The notes under the pieces were generated by a model. It was given only the letters and a program-made list of their open reading frames with translations. It did no database searches and was not told the origin of the DNA. A DNA stretch of 64,000 bases from Octopus sinensis (lineage: Eukaryota). The position numbers and the translations under genes are program-made. Below are positions 11,582 through 24,581 of this stretch, in pieces (the first letter of the stretch is position 1; each line of letters begins with the position of its first letter). The DNA lies in assembly GCF_006345805.1 (NCBI RefSeq), contig NC_042997.1, positions 117,614,001 through 117,678,000 of the forward strand, written 5' to 3'.

Positions 11582-12320
11582 ACGGTAAAAATCATTAATG
11601 ATTTTACCAAGGAGTCAGCATGGAAATAAAAACCTTATAGATGAATTTTACAAATATTATAATTATATACATTATAACAAGGGGTTGGCCCGTGCTTTAT
11701 TTTTCAGAGTTTTTAAGGTGGTATTAGCATCTTTTGGCGTCTATTTCTAGCAAGCGGAGAGGCTTATAGTCAATCACGTGTTATAATTATGTACATAATT
11801 ATGATAATATATATATATATTTAAATTTAAAATGAGGGTGAAAAATTGGATATTAATTTGATTAAAATCAATTTAAAGCCAGTGGTGTAGCATATTAAAA
11901 TCTGATGGTTCAGAAAATCGTAAATTTTCTTGAGAACATTTCTTAGTGGTAAGACCATAGCAGATCTACTTCTAGCATAAGGGTTGTCACATATTAAATT
12001 TTTATCATTTTTTTAATTTTATAATTTAAAAAATTTTTTTAATTTTTAAAATCTTTTACATTTTGTAAAAATATATTAGGAAGTTATATATATAGATATT
12101 TTTATTTTTATTCTTATTTTTAATGAAGATATCTTAGAATTTGTATGATTAAGTAGGATTCGCTAATAATAATGATATAAAGAAAAATAGCCTGAGGACA
12201 CACTGGTGGATTTATGTATTAGGTATAGCCTGGTAAAACAAACCACCAGCGCAGAAACACACGTAGCGTTGATTAATATTATCTTCTTTCCCCACAGACT
12301 AATAACAGGTAAGGTACATA
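11582..12320 (+). mobile_element. Penelope-like pLTR remnant with a decayed type I hammerhead (12186-12270)
   Basis: CTGAGGA...CTGGTGG/CCACCAG stem...GAAAC-ACAC-GTA. Boundaries are approximate. Confidence 0.45.
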
Positions 12321-13095
12321 TATATATATTTTTTTTTAAATGTGTTTATATAATTTTTAATTAATTCTAATGTACTTTATTTTATTGTACGATATAGTAG
12401 GCTTTAAAATGATTATATTCTTAGATTAGCATTTTAGATATAACTTTCTATGTGTACTCCAGAAAATAAGGTTGTCCTGAAATTGAAGTTGTGGTCCTAT
12501 AGGTAAAATCCCAAATTTGTAATAATATTATAAATGATACTGTTTGCTTCACATTAGTAAAGTGTAAAATAGTAAATATCCTGATAACCTGGAATAATTA
12601 TTATCTCTAAGTTTTTTTTTTTAAATATATACATATATATATATATATATGGCATTAGGAAGGACAGGCGTTAGGAAGGGCATCCAGCTGTAGAAACTCT
12701 GCCAGATCAAGATTGAAGCCTGATGCAGCCATCTGATTTGCCAGCCCTCAGTCAAATGGTCCAACCCATGCTAGCATGGAAAGTAGACGTTAAACGATGA
12801 TGATGATGATAATGATGATATATATATATATTCTTTTATTCTTTTATTCTTTTACTTCTTTCAGTCATTGACTGTGGCCATGTTGAAGTACTGCCTTTAG
12901 TCGAGCAAATCAACCCCAGGACTTATTCTTTGTAAGCCTAGTACTTATTCTATCAAACTCTTTTGCCGAACTGCTAAAGTTACAGGGACGTAAATGCACC
13001 AACATCAGTTGTCAAGCAATGGTAGGGGTGACAAACACAGATACAAATATATAAACACACACATACATACATACATACATACATACATACATACA

Positions 13096-13130
<35 letters not shown>

Positions 13131-13135
13131 TTATG

Positions 13136-14040
13136 TTTCTTTATTAGCCACACAGGGCTGAACACAGAGGGGACAAATTACAAAGTGGAGCTTTTCTTTT
13201 GGGGGAGAAAAAAAAGGGGGTAGGTTTTCGATCAAAAGGGATCGTAAAAAAAAACGATCAATAGGGATCATGTATCACAGAAATGTCATGATGTAAAGTG
13301 TAAAGGGGGAAACAGGCAAGGTTTATCCATGGAAAGAAAAGCCTATAGAAAAGACCACAGCAACCTCTGTCAATGTTCTCTAAGCTCTACCTTTACCATA
13401 ACATGAATATCTGTTTCTATCTATAATTGGTGATAACCTCAACTTTATTTTAAGTGTCTAAATATCTCTTTGCACCCCAACATTGAAATGCGATACACAG
13501 TTACCCCACTTCAGTTGTAGTCTAAGCCTGGTAATCTTTTAACCTTTGCTCTTCTACTTCAGACATTTACTTGTAAAGCTTGAAATCATAACTTAGATCT
13601 ACTCATAATATAATAACACTTCTTAAATCCTATTTTAGTGCATAATTAATCTCTGCATTTTAATATGGTAATATACTAACCAGCTACCTTCCTCCAATAG
13701 AGTCTAGTAATGTTTGTTTACCATGTTTATTTTTCCACTAATTGCTTTGTCTATTACCTTTCTCGTTCAGGCAAAATTACCTGTTAATTTGATATATATC
13801 TCAGATATATTCATATAAAACACAATGACCATATCTGTAAGTGCTTTTCATTGCCCATTCATTAGTAAGACCACTTTGACTATTCATTCCTTAAATATTT
13901 TTACTTTTGTTTTTACTTGTACTTATTGATAGCTTTAACACACCTGAACAATGCCCTCGTTTTCAAATATTAGCTGACTAATTAAGTCGTAGGATTAACT
14001 TTGACTTCACCCTACTACCCATAGGAGTATTAGGGTTAGG
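13136..14040 (-). mobile_element. Degenerate LINE 3' end, possibly L1/Tx1-like
   Basis: Ends in ...TTTGTCCCCTCTGTGTTCAGCCCTGTGTGGCTAATAAAGAAAC. The upstream part shows only weak ORF2-like remnants. A similar degenerate stretch lies at about 17560-19260. Confidence 0.3.
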
Positions 14041-16083
14041 TTTCTGTTAATAAGTAACAAGTAATAACATCACACTAAGGATTTTACCTAATTTTTCTTT
14101 CATTGATCATCATCATCGCTTAACGTCCGCTTTCTATGCTAGCATGGGTTGGACGATTTTGACTGAGGGCTGGTGAACCAGATGGCTGCACCAGGCTTCA
14201 ATCTTGATCTGGCAGAGTTTCTACAGCTGGATGCCCTTCCTAACGCCAACCACTCCAAGAGTGTAGTGGGTGCTTTTTACGTGCCACCAGCATGGGAGCC
14301 AATCAGGCAGTACTGGCAACGACCTCACTTGAATCTTTTTACACATGCCACTAGCATAGGTGCCAATAAGGCGACGTTGGTAACAATCATATACTTATGT
14401 ATTAAATTTCCCCTAACAGGTTCAATTTAAGTTAATACTGCCAATTCTTTTTATGACGCTCTATTAAATAGCAGTTAGCCTCTAACTTCTGATCCCTGTG
14501 ACATGGACCATACCAATAAACTCACTCCACATCTTACCCTCGCTATTTCCCCCAGTATAATTGAAACACGATATAACCCCCACAGCCTACGGAAATTCCT
14601 CTTGGAAGTACCTTTCTTCCCCTTAAGACGTAATACCATGGATTATGATAGCACCTTGAAATGTCGTTCTTACCATTCCTTACTATTTCTATTTCTATTA
14701 TTTTTTAATTTTTATTTTACTTTATTATTTTAACTTACTTCCCCACATGTTAGTTTCCTAAAATTTGGTCTCTCTGATGAAGCCTTGGGGCTCAACCATT
14801 GTCCAACCCCTGTCCAGTGTTTGTTCATCCCTGTATATCACAGGTGTGATGTGGAAAACTTGGAAGATTTGGCAACCCCATGGTAGAAACAGCTGTAAGA
14901 GTTTATTTGTTTACTCATTTATTCTTATTTGTTTATTTTTATTTATATATTTATTTACTTATTTATTTGCTTATTTCATTTGTTTATTTGGATCACTCAC
15001 ACATGTGATTATAATCAATTAATAAACAGATATAAGTGAATGTTAGGTGGATGTTTGTCAATTGTTTATCCTCTCTGTTTTCTTATTTGCCTTACAAATC
15101 CCAGGTAAATTTCTGATTTACCTCCACTCATACCTAGTATTCAATTGTGATATTGCCCTACAATAGTAAGCACTTGGATATAAATACATAGGTAAACATC
15201 CAGTAGACTAGTGAATAGAGATGGCCCAATTTTTCTCCACGACAATGCACATCCTCACACTCCTCAAGCTATGGTTCAAAAGTTGCAAAGCCTGAATTAT
15301 GAGATTTTACAACATCCTCCCTATTCCTCTGATATCTCTCCTACTGATCATCACTTATTTAAGCATTTTGATGTAAGGAATGCTTGATGGCAGTGTGGAA
15401 TACTTGATGGTGAGGGAATGTTTGATGGGACAGAATGGGTGTAGAGACATGGCCCAGCACCTACAAACATACCCAGGATGTTTTTAGGACCTTGTATTTG
15501 CTGTGATGGATGAGGTTTCTCGGGTACAGCAAATCACTAATCATCTCAGTCCTTATTCATCTTCTCTGTGAGGTTCAGCATCTTGAAATCAGCCTTTAAA
15601 ACGTCATCCTATGTCTTCCTGGGTCTTGAACAACTTCCAAACACTTCAAGTAGCCAACACTCCTTCAAGCAGTTGTCCTCATCAATTTGCATCACATGAC
15701 CAAACCAGGACAGTCTTTTCTCTTGCATGCTACATTATTCCATTCCTCTTAACCCTTTAGCATTTAAACCGGCCATATTCGGCCAAAAGTATTCTGCCTG
15801 TTTTATGTTCAAACTGGCCAGATCTGGTCTCTCACACCAACCCTACAATATCATTTTAAAAATTAACAGCTACCTCATCAAAATCTCATAGCTACAAGAT
15901 AATGCATGATTAGTTCAAAACAATGTGGATAAAAAAGGATTAATTTTGGCAGAATAATGCGAACACCAAAGGGTTAAACCTAATTTTTCTCTCACTATAT
16001 TGGTACTTTCTCATACATGCACATCCAATGCTTACTAGCTTCATTCCTCTCTAGTTTTCACATGTCCTCTACATTCACAGCCC

Positions 16084-16272
16084 ATGTTTCAATACCATGT
16101 AGCATTGCTGTTCGTGAACAGGTATTGTACAGTCTGCCTTTTATTCAGAAACGGACTTTTTGTAGCCAACAGACGTAACAGCTCTCTGGATTTCCTGCAT
16201 CCTATTTTTATTCCAGCAACTATACTTTCAGAGCATCCTCTTCCACTGTTAATTAGGATACTTTGTTGGCAG
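16084..16272 (-). mobile_element. Old RTE ORF2 fragment
   Basis: GGCSESIVAGIKIG.RK.RELL.LLATK-like remnant, homologous to 33590-33700. Confidence 0.55.
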
Positions 16273-18318
16273 AAACTGTCTACATACCAACAATCTAAAT
16301 ATATAGAGAGAGAGGTGTGTGTGATAGTGTGTGTACATGTATGCTTGTGTGCGTGTGTGCGTGCATGCATGTAGGTGGGAGTTCATGGAGGTCTGTGGGA
16401 ATGTTGACATTTCCCTAGCTACTATCTGAGTGAAATGGTGCTGATGTTTACATTCCTTGTTGACATTACAACCAGTTGCTCTACACTTTCAAAGACTTGT
16501 GGAATATAAAACAATCTCTAACTTAGAATACATCTGAGGGTTGACAACAGGAAGAACATCCAGCTGCAAAATTCTGACTCAGATCAATTCCCATCCATGT
16601 CATACTAGCATGGAAAAACAGATGTTAAATAAAACAAGTGAATAGAAAATGAAACAGAATGTGAAAAAACCAACATTGTGTACATAGGCACAGGCATGGC
16701 TGTGTGATTAAGAAATTCACTTTTACATACTTGCATCGGTTGGGTAGATCCTCTCCAATAAAGCATCTCTCCATTTGTTGTGTTCCCTTGTTATTTACTT
16801 TTTGAGGTTCAACATCATGACATTAGCTTTCAATACACCTGTTTGTATTTTCCTTGATCTTCTTTTTAATTTCCTTAGGTCTATTCTACTTGGATATCTT
16901 GATATATTTTTATTCAACTGTCATCATTTGTATTTCTATGCTTCATAGCTATAAGTATGTAACAAATTATGTTTAAGATTTGATGTTTGTATTTGTAATA
17001 ATAAGCAAAAGTATACATCCCATCTTCAGCTGCCTAATGGATATCATTATGGTTTCCACACCTGGGCAGTAGCATTTCATCAGGCAGTATCAACAGTGTT
17101 AAAAACATAAACACTGCCTGGGAATTCATAGACATAAATAGATATTTAATAGACATTAACACAATATGTCAACTGCGGCAGAATCGTTAGCATTCCAGGC
17201 AAAATGCTTACTGGCATTTCATCCATCTTCATGTTTTAAGTTCAAATTCCACTGAGGTCAACTTTGTCTTTCATCCTTTTGGGGATCAATAAAATAAGTA
17301 CCAGTTGAATACTGGGGATCGATGTAATTGATTTACCCCTCCCCTAAAATTGCTGGCCTTGTGGGAAAATTTGAAACCAATAAGCAGATGTAGAGGACAT
17401 ATTGTGTTAATGTCTTGTTCCTGCTTCTTGTCTATTAATTCCCAGGCAGTGTTTATGTTTTTTAACACTGTTGACACTGCTGGATGGAATGGTACTGCCC
17501 AGGTGTTGAAACCACAATGATATCCATTAGGCAGTTGAAGATGGGATGTATACACTTGGTGTGTTTCTTAACTGTAAGCCTTTTATATCTTGAGTTCTCA
17601 TAGTTCTAAGTTGACTTTCATTGAAATTCTAGTTCTTGTAGGTTTAAATTTGTCTAAGGAGTTCTTGGTTTATGATGGGTTTGTTGTATATGCATTAAAT
17701 GTTTACACCAATGCAGGCTTCTCTCTTGTGTACTACCAAACAACATTGCATTTCATATACATTGTAAAATTTATGTTACACTCAAAGAGAAGAGAGAATC
17801 CCTTTGTTGCCAATGGAGAATCCCTTTGCTGCCAGCAAAGGTAATGGTACCCTGAACCTTTCTATCCTATTCTAATTCTGGTTATTATGCTTTCTAAACA
17901 TCCTCCTCCACTGAAGATTACCTCCTGTTTCATATGGAACCATGATCCAGCTATAGATCTGGTCCACACTTTTCAACAAGTTGTCTCATATAACCTCCCA
18001 GTTATCCTGAATGTTTTTAAGTCTCTATCTTCTTTTTGTCGTATCTATCATCTAAAGGCTATCTAAATTTATGTTTAGCTGCCTGATGTTTCATTTCCTT
18101 CTCCTTCATTTCCCCAGACTGCATTTTTATGTCAGAATCTGCCTCACTCTTATTCTAAAGTCACTAGTCACTATTCAGTTGTGTAATGACATATTCTTCA
18201 ACAAGGAATGATTTACTTTTCATAACCATCAATCTATCTTCTGTCCTGAAAATGACACCTAGCTAACTTGTGTGTTCACCTGATTGGTAAAGGGTCAAGT
18301 GACTGACCAAAGGGATAA

Positions 18319-18551
18319 GGCGGGCGAGCTGGCAGAAACGTTAGTACACCGGGCGAAATGCATAGCCGTATTTCGTCTGCCGTTACGTTCTGAGTTCAAA
18401 TTCCACCGAGGTTGACTTCGCCTTTCATCCTTTCGGGGTTGATAAATTAAGCACCAGTTACGCACTGAGGTCGATATAATTGACTTAATCCGTTTGTCTG
18501 TCCTTGTTTGTCCTCTTTGTGTTTATCCCCTTGTGGGTAGTAAAGAAATAG
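18319..18551 (+). mobile_element. CORE-type tRNA-derived SINE family B
   Basis: Head GGCGAGCTGGCAGAAACGTTAG, B box GAGTTCAAATTCC, CORE-like GCCTTTCATCCTTTCGGGGT.GATAAATTAAG.ACCAG, tail ...GTGGGTAGTAAAGAAATA. Confidence 0.8.
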
Positions 18552-19399
18552 GTAAAGGGTCAAGTAGCTGATTGATTTCCAGAAGTTAGTTTTGCAGATG
18601 TTTAGTTCATTTGTGTCACAGAAATCCAAAATTCTTGTGCTTCTTCACTCCTTGAATCATATCCATAGCCATCATGTCACTGCCCAACATTTCACAAAAA
18701 TCACCAGCCAAGCTAATGAAGTTTCAGTTATTTATAACAGGGCCTCATAAAAACTGACCTTTTAGTCTCAATTACATCATGAAACAGAGATAATAGTTAT
18801 TGTTACTTTATCCATAACTAATCAAAGCTTAATTCTCTGACAAGAAGAATTTTAGTACTTATACTCTTTGCCAGTGAGAAGTTAGACTGAGGCTCCCACC
18901 ATTTCACCTCATTCACAAAGAACACATTTATTCACCTCTGCTCAAGCATATCTTTAATCTCAACATATTACGACTTTACCTGTATTTTCCAAAATTATTA
19001 AAATGATAAAATATAATAATATTAGTTACTGACTAACAGCAGGAATTTTTTTTTACCTCACTCTATAATTATAACTAGTTACTTTTTTAATACCTCACTC
19101 CTCATTAAATATGTAAAAATTAAACTTAATTACAGAGTTCCATAGAGTAGCCAGTGTCATTTTATTTCCAAACACTCTGTCTGGTTCTAAAGTTTAATTC
19201 TAGTTCTTAAACCAATAAAACAATTGTGATGACATTAATGTTGATAACGTGGTCTAAAAATAAACATTATCATCATTGCAGTTAGGTTGACTTGACCTGG
19301 CAACAGATCATGACAAATGCCTCCTGATGTTAAAAGTGCATTATCCTCTTTACAATTTTATGTTTACCAATGAAAGACAGCCTTGAAGCTCAAGGCAAT

Positions 19400-19610
19400 A
19401 TTTTTTATCTTTTAATCTTTTACATGTTTCAGTCATTAGTCTGTGGCCATGCTGGGGTACCACCTTAAAGAATTTCTAATCAAATGAACTGGCCCCAGTA
19501 TTTTTTTCTTTTTAATGTGATACTTATTCCATTGGTCTCTTTTGCCAAAATGCTAAGTTACACCAGAGACACACGCACATGCACACACACACATATATAT
19601 TATGTATGTG

Positions 19611-19669
<59 letters not shown>

Positions 19670-19890
19670 ATATATATATATGTGTGTGTATGTACGTATG
19701 TATATATGTGTGTGTGTGCATGTGTGTGTGGTAGGCTTTTTTCAGTTTCCATCAACCAAATCCACTCAAATCCAGGCTTTGGTTAGCCTGAGGCTATAGC
19801 AGAAGACACTTACCTAAGGTGCCATGCTGTAGAACTGGACATGGAACCATGTGGTTGGGAAACAAGCTTCTTACTATATACCCACTCCTG
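19400..19890 (-). mobile_element. tRNA-derived SINE family A with an expanded internal (TG)n/(TA)n
   Basis: Homologous to the 39244-39650 copy in reverse orientation. Confidence 0.75.
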
Positions 19891-19894
19891 CACC

Positions 19895-19963
<69 letters not shown>

Positions 19964-20046
19964 TTTTATTCTTTTACTTGTTTCAATCTTTTGACTGCAG
20001 CCATGCAGGAGCAACATCTTAAAGAGTTTTTAGTCAAACATAAGCA

Positions 20047-20408
20047 CTGGAGTGGCTGTGTGGTAAGTAGCTCTGCTTACCAACCACAAGGTTCCGGGTT
20101 CCATCCGAAGCCTTGTGAGTTGATTTGGTAGATAGAAACTGAAAGAAGCCCATCATATATTTATAGGTGTGTGTGTGTATGTGTTTGTGTGTCTGTGTTT
20201 GTCTTCACCCCACCCCACCCCCAACATCGCTTGACAACTGATGCGGGTGTGTTTACGTCCTCATAACTTAGCAGTTCGGCTAAAGACACCAATAGAATAA
20301 GTACTAGGGTTACAAAACATTAGTCCTGGAGTTGATCCGCTCGACTAAAGGCGGTGCTCCAGCACGGCTACAGTCAAATGACTGAAACAAGTAAAAGAAT
20401 AAAAGAAA
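20047..20408 (+). mobile_element. tRNA-derived SINE family A nested inside an oppositely oriented family A copy (19962-20040 and 20409-20560)
   Basis: The host copy resumes in register (…TTAGTCAAACA | AAGCAAATCAACCCC…) on either side of the insert. Confidence 0.75.
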
Positions 20409-21224
20409 AGCAAATCAACCCCTGGGCTTTTTTACTATTTTAAGCCAGGTACTTACTCTGTTGGGGACTTTTACCAAACCACTAAGTTATGGGGATGTAA
20501 ACATACCAACACAAGTTGTCAAGCAGTGATGTGGAGGACAAACACAGACACAAAGACACACACATAGATATAGATATGTCTATATCTAGACATAAACACA
20601 CACACTCATATATATGGACATTAAACTCTGCTTGCGAAGACCTGTTGAGGCAAGTGAAATCAAAATCAAATTTGATGAGAGCACCGCATAACTGGCATCT
20701 ATGTGGAGCGCTAAGAGCACCATCCGAGCATGATTGTTGCCAGTGCTGCTGACTGGCTCCCGTGCCAGTGGCTATAAAAAAACACCATTCAAGCGTGATC
20801 GTTACTAGCATCGCCTTACTGGCACTTACGCTGGTTGCACGTGAAAAACTACATTTGAGCAAGGTCGTTGCCAGTGCCGCTGGACTGGCTCCTATGCAGG
20901 TGACACATAAAGAACACCATTTGAGCATGGCCGTTGTCAGTACCACCTGACTGACACTCATGCCAGTGGCATGTAAAAGCACCCACTACACTCTCAGAGT
21001 GGTTGGCATTAGGAAGAGCATCCAGCTGTAGAAACTCAGATTGGAGCCTGGTGCGTCCATCTGGTTCGCCAGTCCTCAATCAAACCGTCCAATCAATGCC
21101 AGCATGGAAAGCGGACATTAAACAATGGTGATGGTGATGATTCTCTCACAGTAAAGCAACAAGATGCTTGGAAAAGTGGTAGTTAGTTGGAGAAAGGTCT
21201 GGGGAATACGCTGCGTGGGGAAGA

Positions 21225-22010
21225 ACTTTGTAACCAAGTTACCTCAATTTCTGGAGCGTCATTAGTGAAACGTATGGTCGAGCATTGTCACGAAGAATAA
21301 TTGATCCTCTTCTGTTGACCAGTCTGGGACGGAGGAGTAGCAGTTTTTCATTCACTATGGCAATATGTTTCTGCAATAATGGGTTTTCTAGGTTTAAAGA
21401 TGTTATAGTCAATGAATCCAACAATACATCACAAAACAGTCACCATAACCTTCTTTTTGAAGAGCTCATGTTTAGGGAAGGTTTTTGGTGCTTCATTTTG
21501 GTCCAACCTCTGCAAAGAACGTTTTATTATTATTGTACAGAATCCACTTTTCATCACAAGTTACAATACGGTCGAGAAATGGATATCTGGTTACAGAGAA
21601 GAAGCAACGACCAAATTTCATATCTGCGCATTTTCTGATTTTCATTCAAATCGTGTGGTACCCATTTGTCGAGGTGTTTTGATTTCCCGATCGCATACAA
21701 ATGGTTTCAGGCAGTTTTCTGGTTAACTTAAAGTTCTTTTGCCAGTTCTCGAGTGGTTTTACATGGATCTTTCTCAATGACAGTCTTTAATTGACAGTCA
21801 TCAATGACAAATGGGCATCCAATATGCTCACAATCTTCAAGGCTCAGATTTCCACTGCAAAATCATTTAAACCATTTTTGAGCTGACCACTCACTGGTCA
21901 TTTCCTCACCAAACATTTCATTGATATCGCAAGCAGTTTCAGCTGCTTTATGTCCTTATTTTTTTATTTGCAAAATTGCTCAAATATCGCGCTTTGACAG
22001 TTCCATTTCA
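21225..22010 (-). mobile_element. Mariner transposase pseudogene
   Basis: Remnants KKVMVTV, DQNEAPKTFPK and IILRDNARPYV (mariner HDNARPH), with an N-terminal HTH segment. Multiple frameshifts and stops. Confidence 0.75.
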
Positions 22011-22695
22011 GATGATTGTAACAATGGTGAAAAAAGTATCAATGTTAATTTACTGATGCATTTGGGCAAGTCTATGATTGTATTATCAGACAATTGCAAA
22101 AAAAATGTTTTAAAAAATATTCAAAATTCTGCAAAAATCAAGTACAAATTCTTCATGGTTCAACGTGATACATATTAGATTTCTGCACATTTACATCTGT
22201 CAAATTTAGCTCAGAAAGCATTGTTAAGTGCACAAAGCTATGACAGAAGACTGTTGCTGAAGATAATTGAGCTATTATGTAGTGGAATCAAACCCAGAAT
22301 GCAGACTATACAACAGACTCAGTCCATTTTCAGCTGATTCAACTCAAATGGAGCCACTTAAAATTAAATATCTTGCTCATATTTACAATTTGTCATGCAA
22401 CCTTGTCCAGGAATTGAACCCATAACCTTATGATCATGAGTCTAACAGTCTAACTACTAAGCCAAGTACCTTCACTCCATTTCTTTTTTGATCATAAACT
22501 TGGGTCTAAAAAACCAGCCAACCATTTTCAACGGAGATTGAACCAAAGACATCCAAGCTGAAACACAACTGCTTCAGTCACACCAGACAAAAAAAGATTT
22601 ACTACCCCCACACCACACCACCTCAACCACAGCCTTTTCTTTTTCTTCTTACTCCTCCTTTTCCTCTTACTAGTTTGTAATACAAAGTCACTCAC

Positions 22696-22849
22696 CTGGA
22701 TGGTCAAAATTAAATTCTCCTTTAATTGCTTTCTTTTTCTCGTCTTCGTTAAGATCTCGATAGAAGGCATCTTGACTGATAATCACAACCTGTCGTCCAT
22801 TGCTGTCAAGGTATCTCAGTTGGTCAATAATTTTAGCACAGACTGAAGA
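22696..22849 (-). CDS. UCK: Uridine-cytidine kinase, coding exon 2 ([51 protein letters not shown])
   Basis: Acceptor tcttcttgtag|, donor CAG|GTGAGT. 154 nt, phase 0 to phase 1. Contains the SQD catalytic Asp and the NFDHP motif. Confidence 0.96.
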
Positions 22850-23155
22850 CTACAAGAAGAGAAATGAAACATGTCAGAGACGCATCGGATAAGTTTGGAA
22901 GGTAAATAATATTTGGAAGATTAATAATATTTGGATGGTAAATAATATTTGGAAGATAAATAATAATTATGGCATGCAGAAATTGACCCAATGTTATTTA
23001 ATTATTAACTATTTCAGAGACTTATTACAGCATAGCTAAGATATCAGTAACTTTTAAGATTCACCCAATAGAATTTATACCAAAAAATTTATTATTCAGA
23101 GTTGCACAATTACAAATTTCTCCCAATAAAGTTAGCAGCTTCATTATATAACACA

Positions 23156-23543
23156 CTAGCAGTATCGCCCGGCGTTGCTCGGATTTGTTTCGACCCTTTA
23201 GAATTGGAATTTTTGAAAAGTAAAAATTTTGCATTATGTAGCTTGTTATTCTCTTTAAGTGAACATTTTTCTGGTTGAAATACACAGAAAAATGGTGACA
23301 CAGCAGTCAAAAAATCGTTAAAAAAAGGGATTTTCATAGAAAAAAAGCACCTTTTTGATGTAAATAATTTTTGGTGTTAACATGGTCCGATTTGAAGTTT
23401 TTCTTCTACGGAAGGAAGAGCAAGCCTTTTTCTATCATACTCTCAATTTTGGTCAACTTGTGCCGCAGGGTCTTGGAGGAGATAGTGTTAGTTGAAGGCT
23501 ACCAAACCTGCCATACACAGACAACTTCAGCTTTATATATGGA
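23156..23543 (-). mobile_element. Non-autonomous Helitron
   Basis: On the minus strand: 5' TCCATATATAAAGC..., 3' hairpin CCGAGCAACGCCGGGCGA followed by CTGCTAG|T. Confidence 0.65.
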
Positions 23544-23735
23544 GAAATTATATTATATTATTGTACTCCACCAAGGCCAATTTTACTTCCATCCTTTTGA
23601 AGTAAATAAAATAAGTACCAGTTAAACACTAGGGGCAATGTAATCAACTAGCACCCCTTCCAACCAAAATTTCAGGCTTGTGCCAACAGTAGAAAGGATT
23701 ACTATATCATAATTGAATTATATTATATAATACTA

Positions 23736-24580
23736 CTAGCAGAATTGCCCGGCGTTGCTCGGGGCTGAATTGCTTGAAAGTACTGTTAATGATTGCACTG
23801 AATTATGATGATTATTCAGGCAAATATTGATATAAGCTTACGGTGGGAGATAAGGACTTAACGATCAAACGTGTGCCATTGCATTGTTTTGGGGGAACCA
23901 AATTTCTGATGAGCATTATAGGGGCACCAACTTTAAGTTTGAGAAAGTGTGGTGGTAGTCCAGGGTGCTCAAAGGAATTGAGTACCTCTATTGGATAGTT
24001 GATGACGTCCTCTGGGTTAGGAGTTGTATCGATAGACTGATATACATAGACTTCCCCAGGAATGAGTTTTAGCATTTCATCATTAATATGGTGAACAGTT
24101 TTATTCCTCGGGGCCAGTATAGCCTTTTTGCCAATCCAATCCATATTCTGATAATTAGCTTGTAGATCTGGGAACACTGCATCTCTGAGATCAGAAGGCG
24201 TCTTAACAATGGTACAAATGGAATCGATGGCAATATTACCATTTTCATCCCCTGGTATTTTGCCTTCACCAAGTGCAAGAAGGGTGTGAGGAAATGCTGC
24301 TGATGTGATATTACGTCGCATATGAGCACGCATATTGGTGTGAAGTTTGAGAGTTACTTCCCTTTATTTAAAAAAATATGCATTAAAATGGAAAAAAATG
24401 ATGGTAAATTATTTGTAAAATCATAGACTCATCGTAGACGCGCGCTAATACCCAGAAGGGCTCGATATGAATCACGACTATAAGATACCCGGTTTTGGTT
24501 AAACTGCATCGCAAAATGTGGGAGTAGTTAGGAATCTAAATCGGAGTAGACAGACACACAACCTTTCTTTTATATATAAA
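23736..24580 (-). mobile_element. Internally deleted Helitron carrying a PIF1-type helicase fragment (ORF 23812-24333)
   Basis: AILAPRN...IN...IPGE...SID...NYPIEVLNS...GLPPH.LKLKVGAPIMLIRNL.PP..CNGTRL. 3' hairpin plus CTAG, 5' TTTATATATAAAAG, inserted at an A|T site. Confidence 0.88.
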
Positions 24581-24581
24581 T

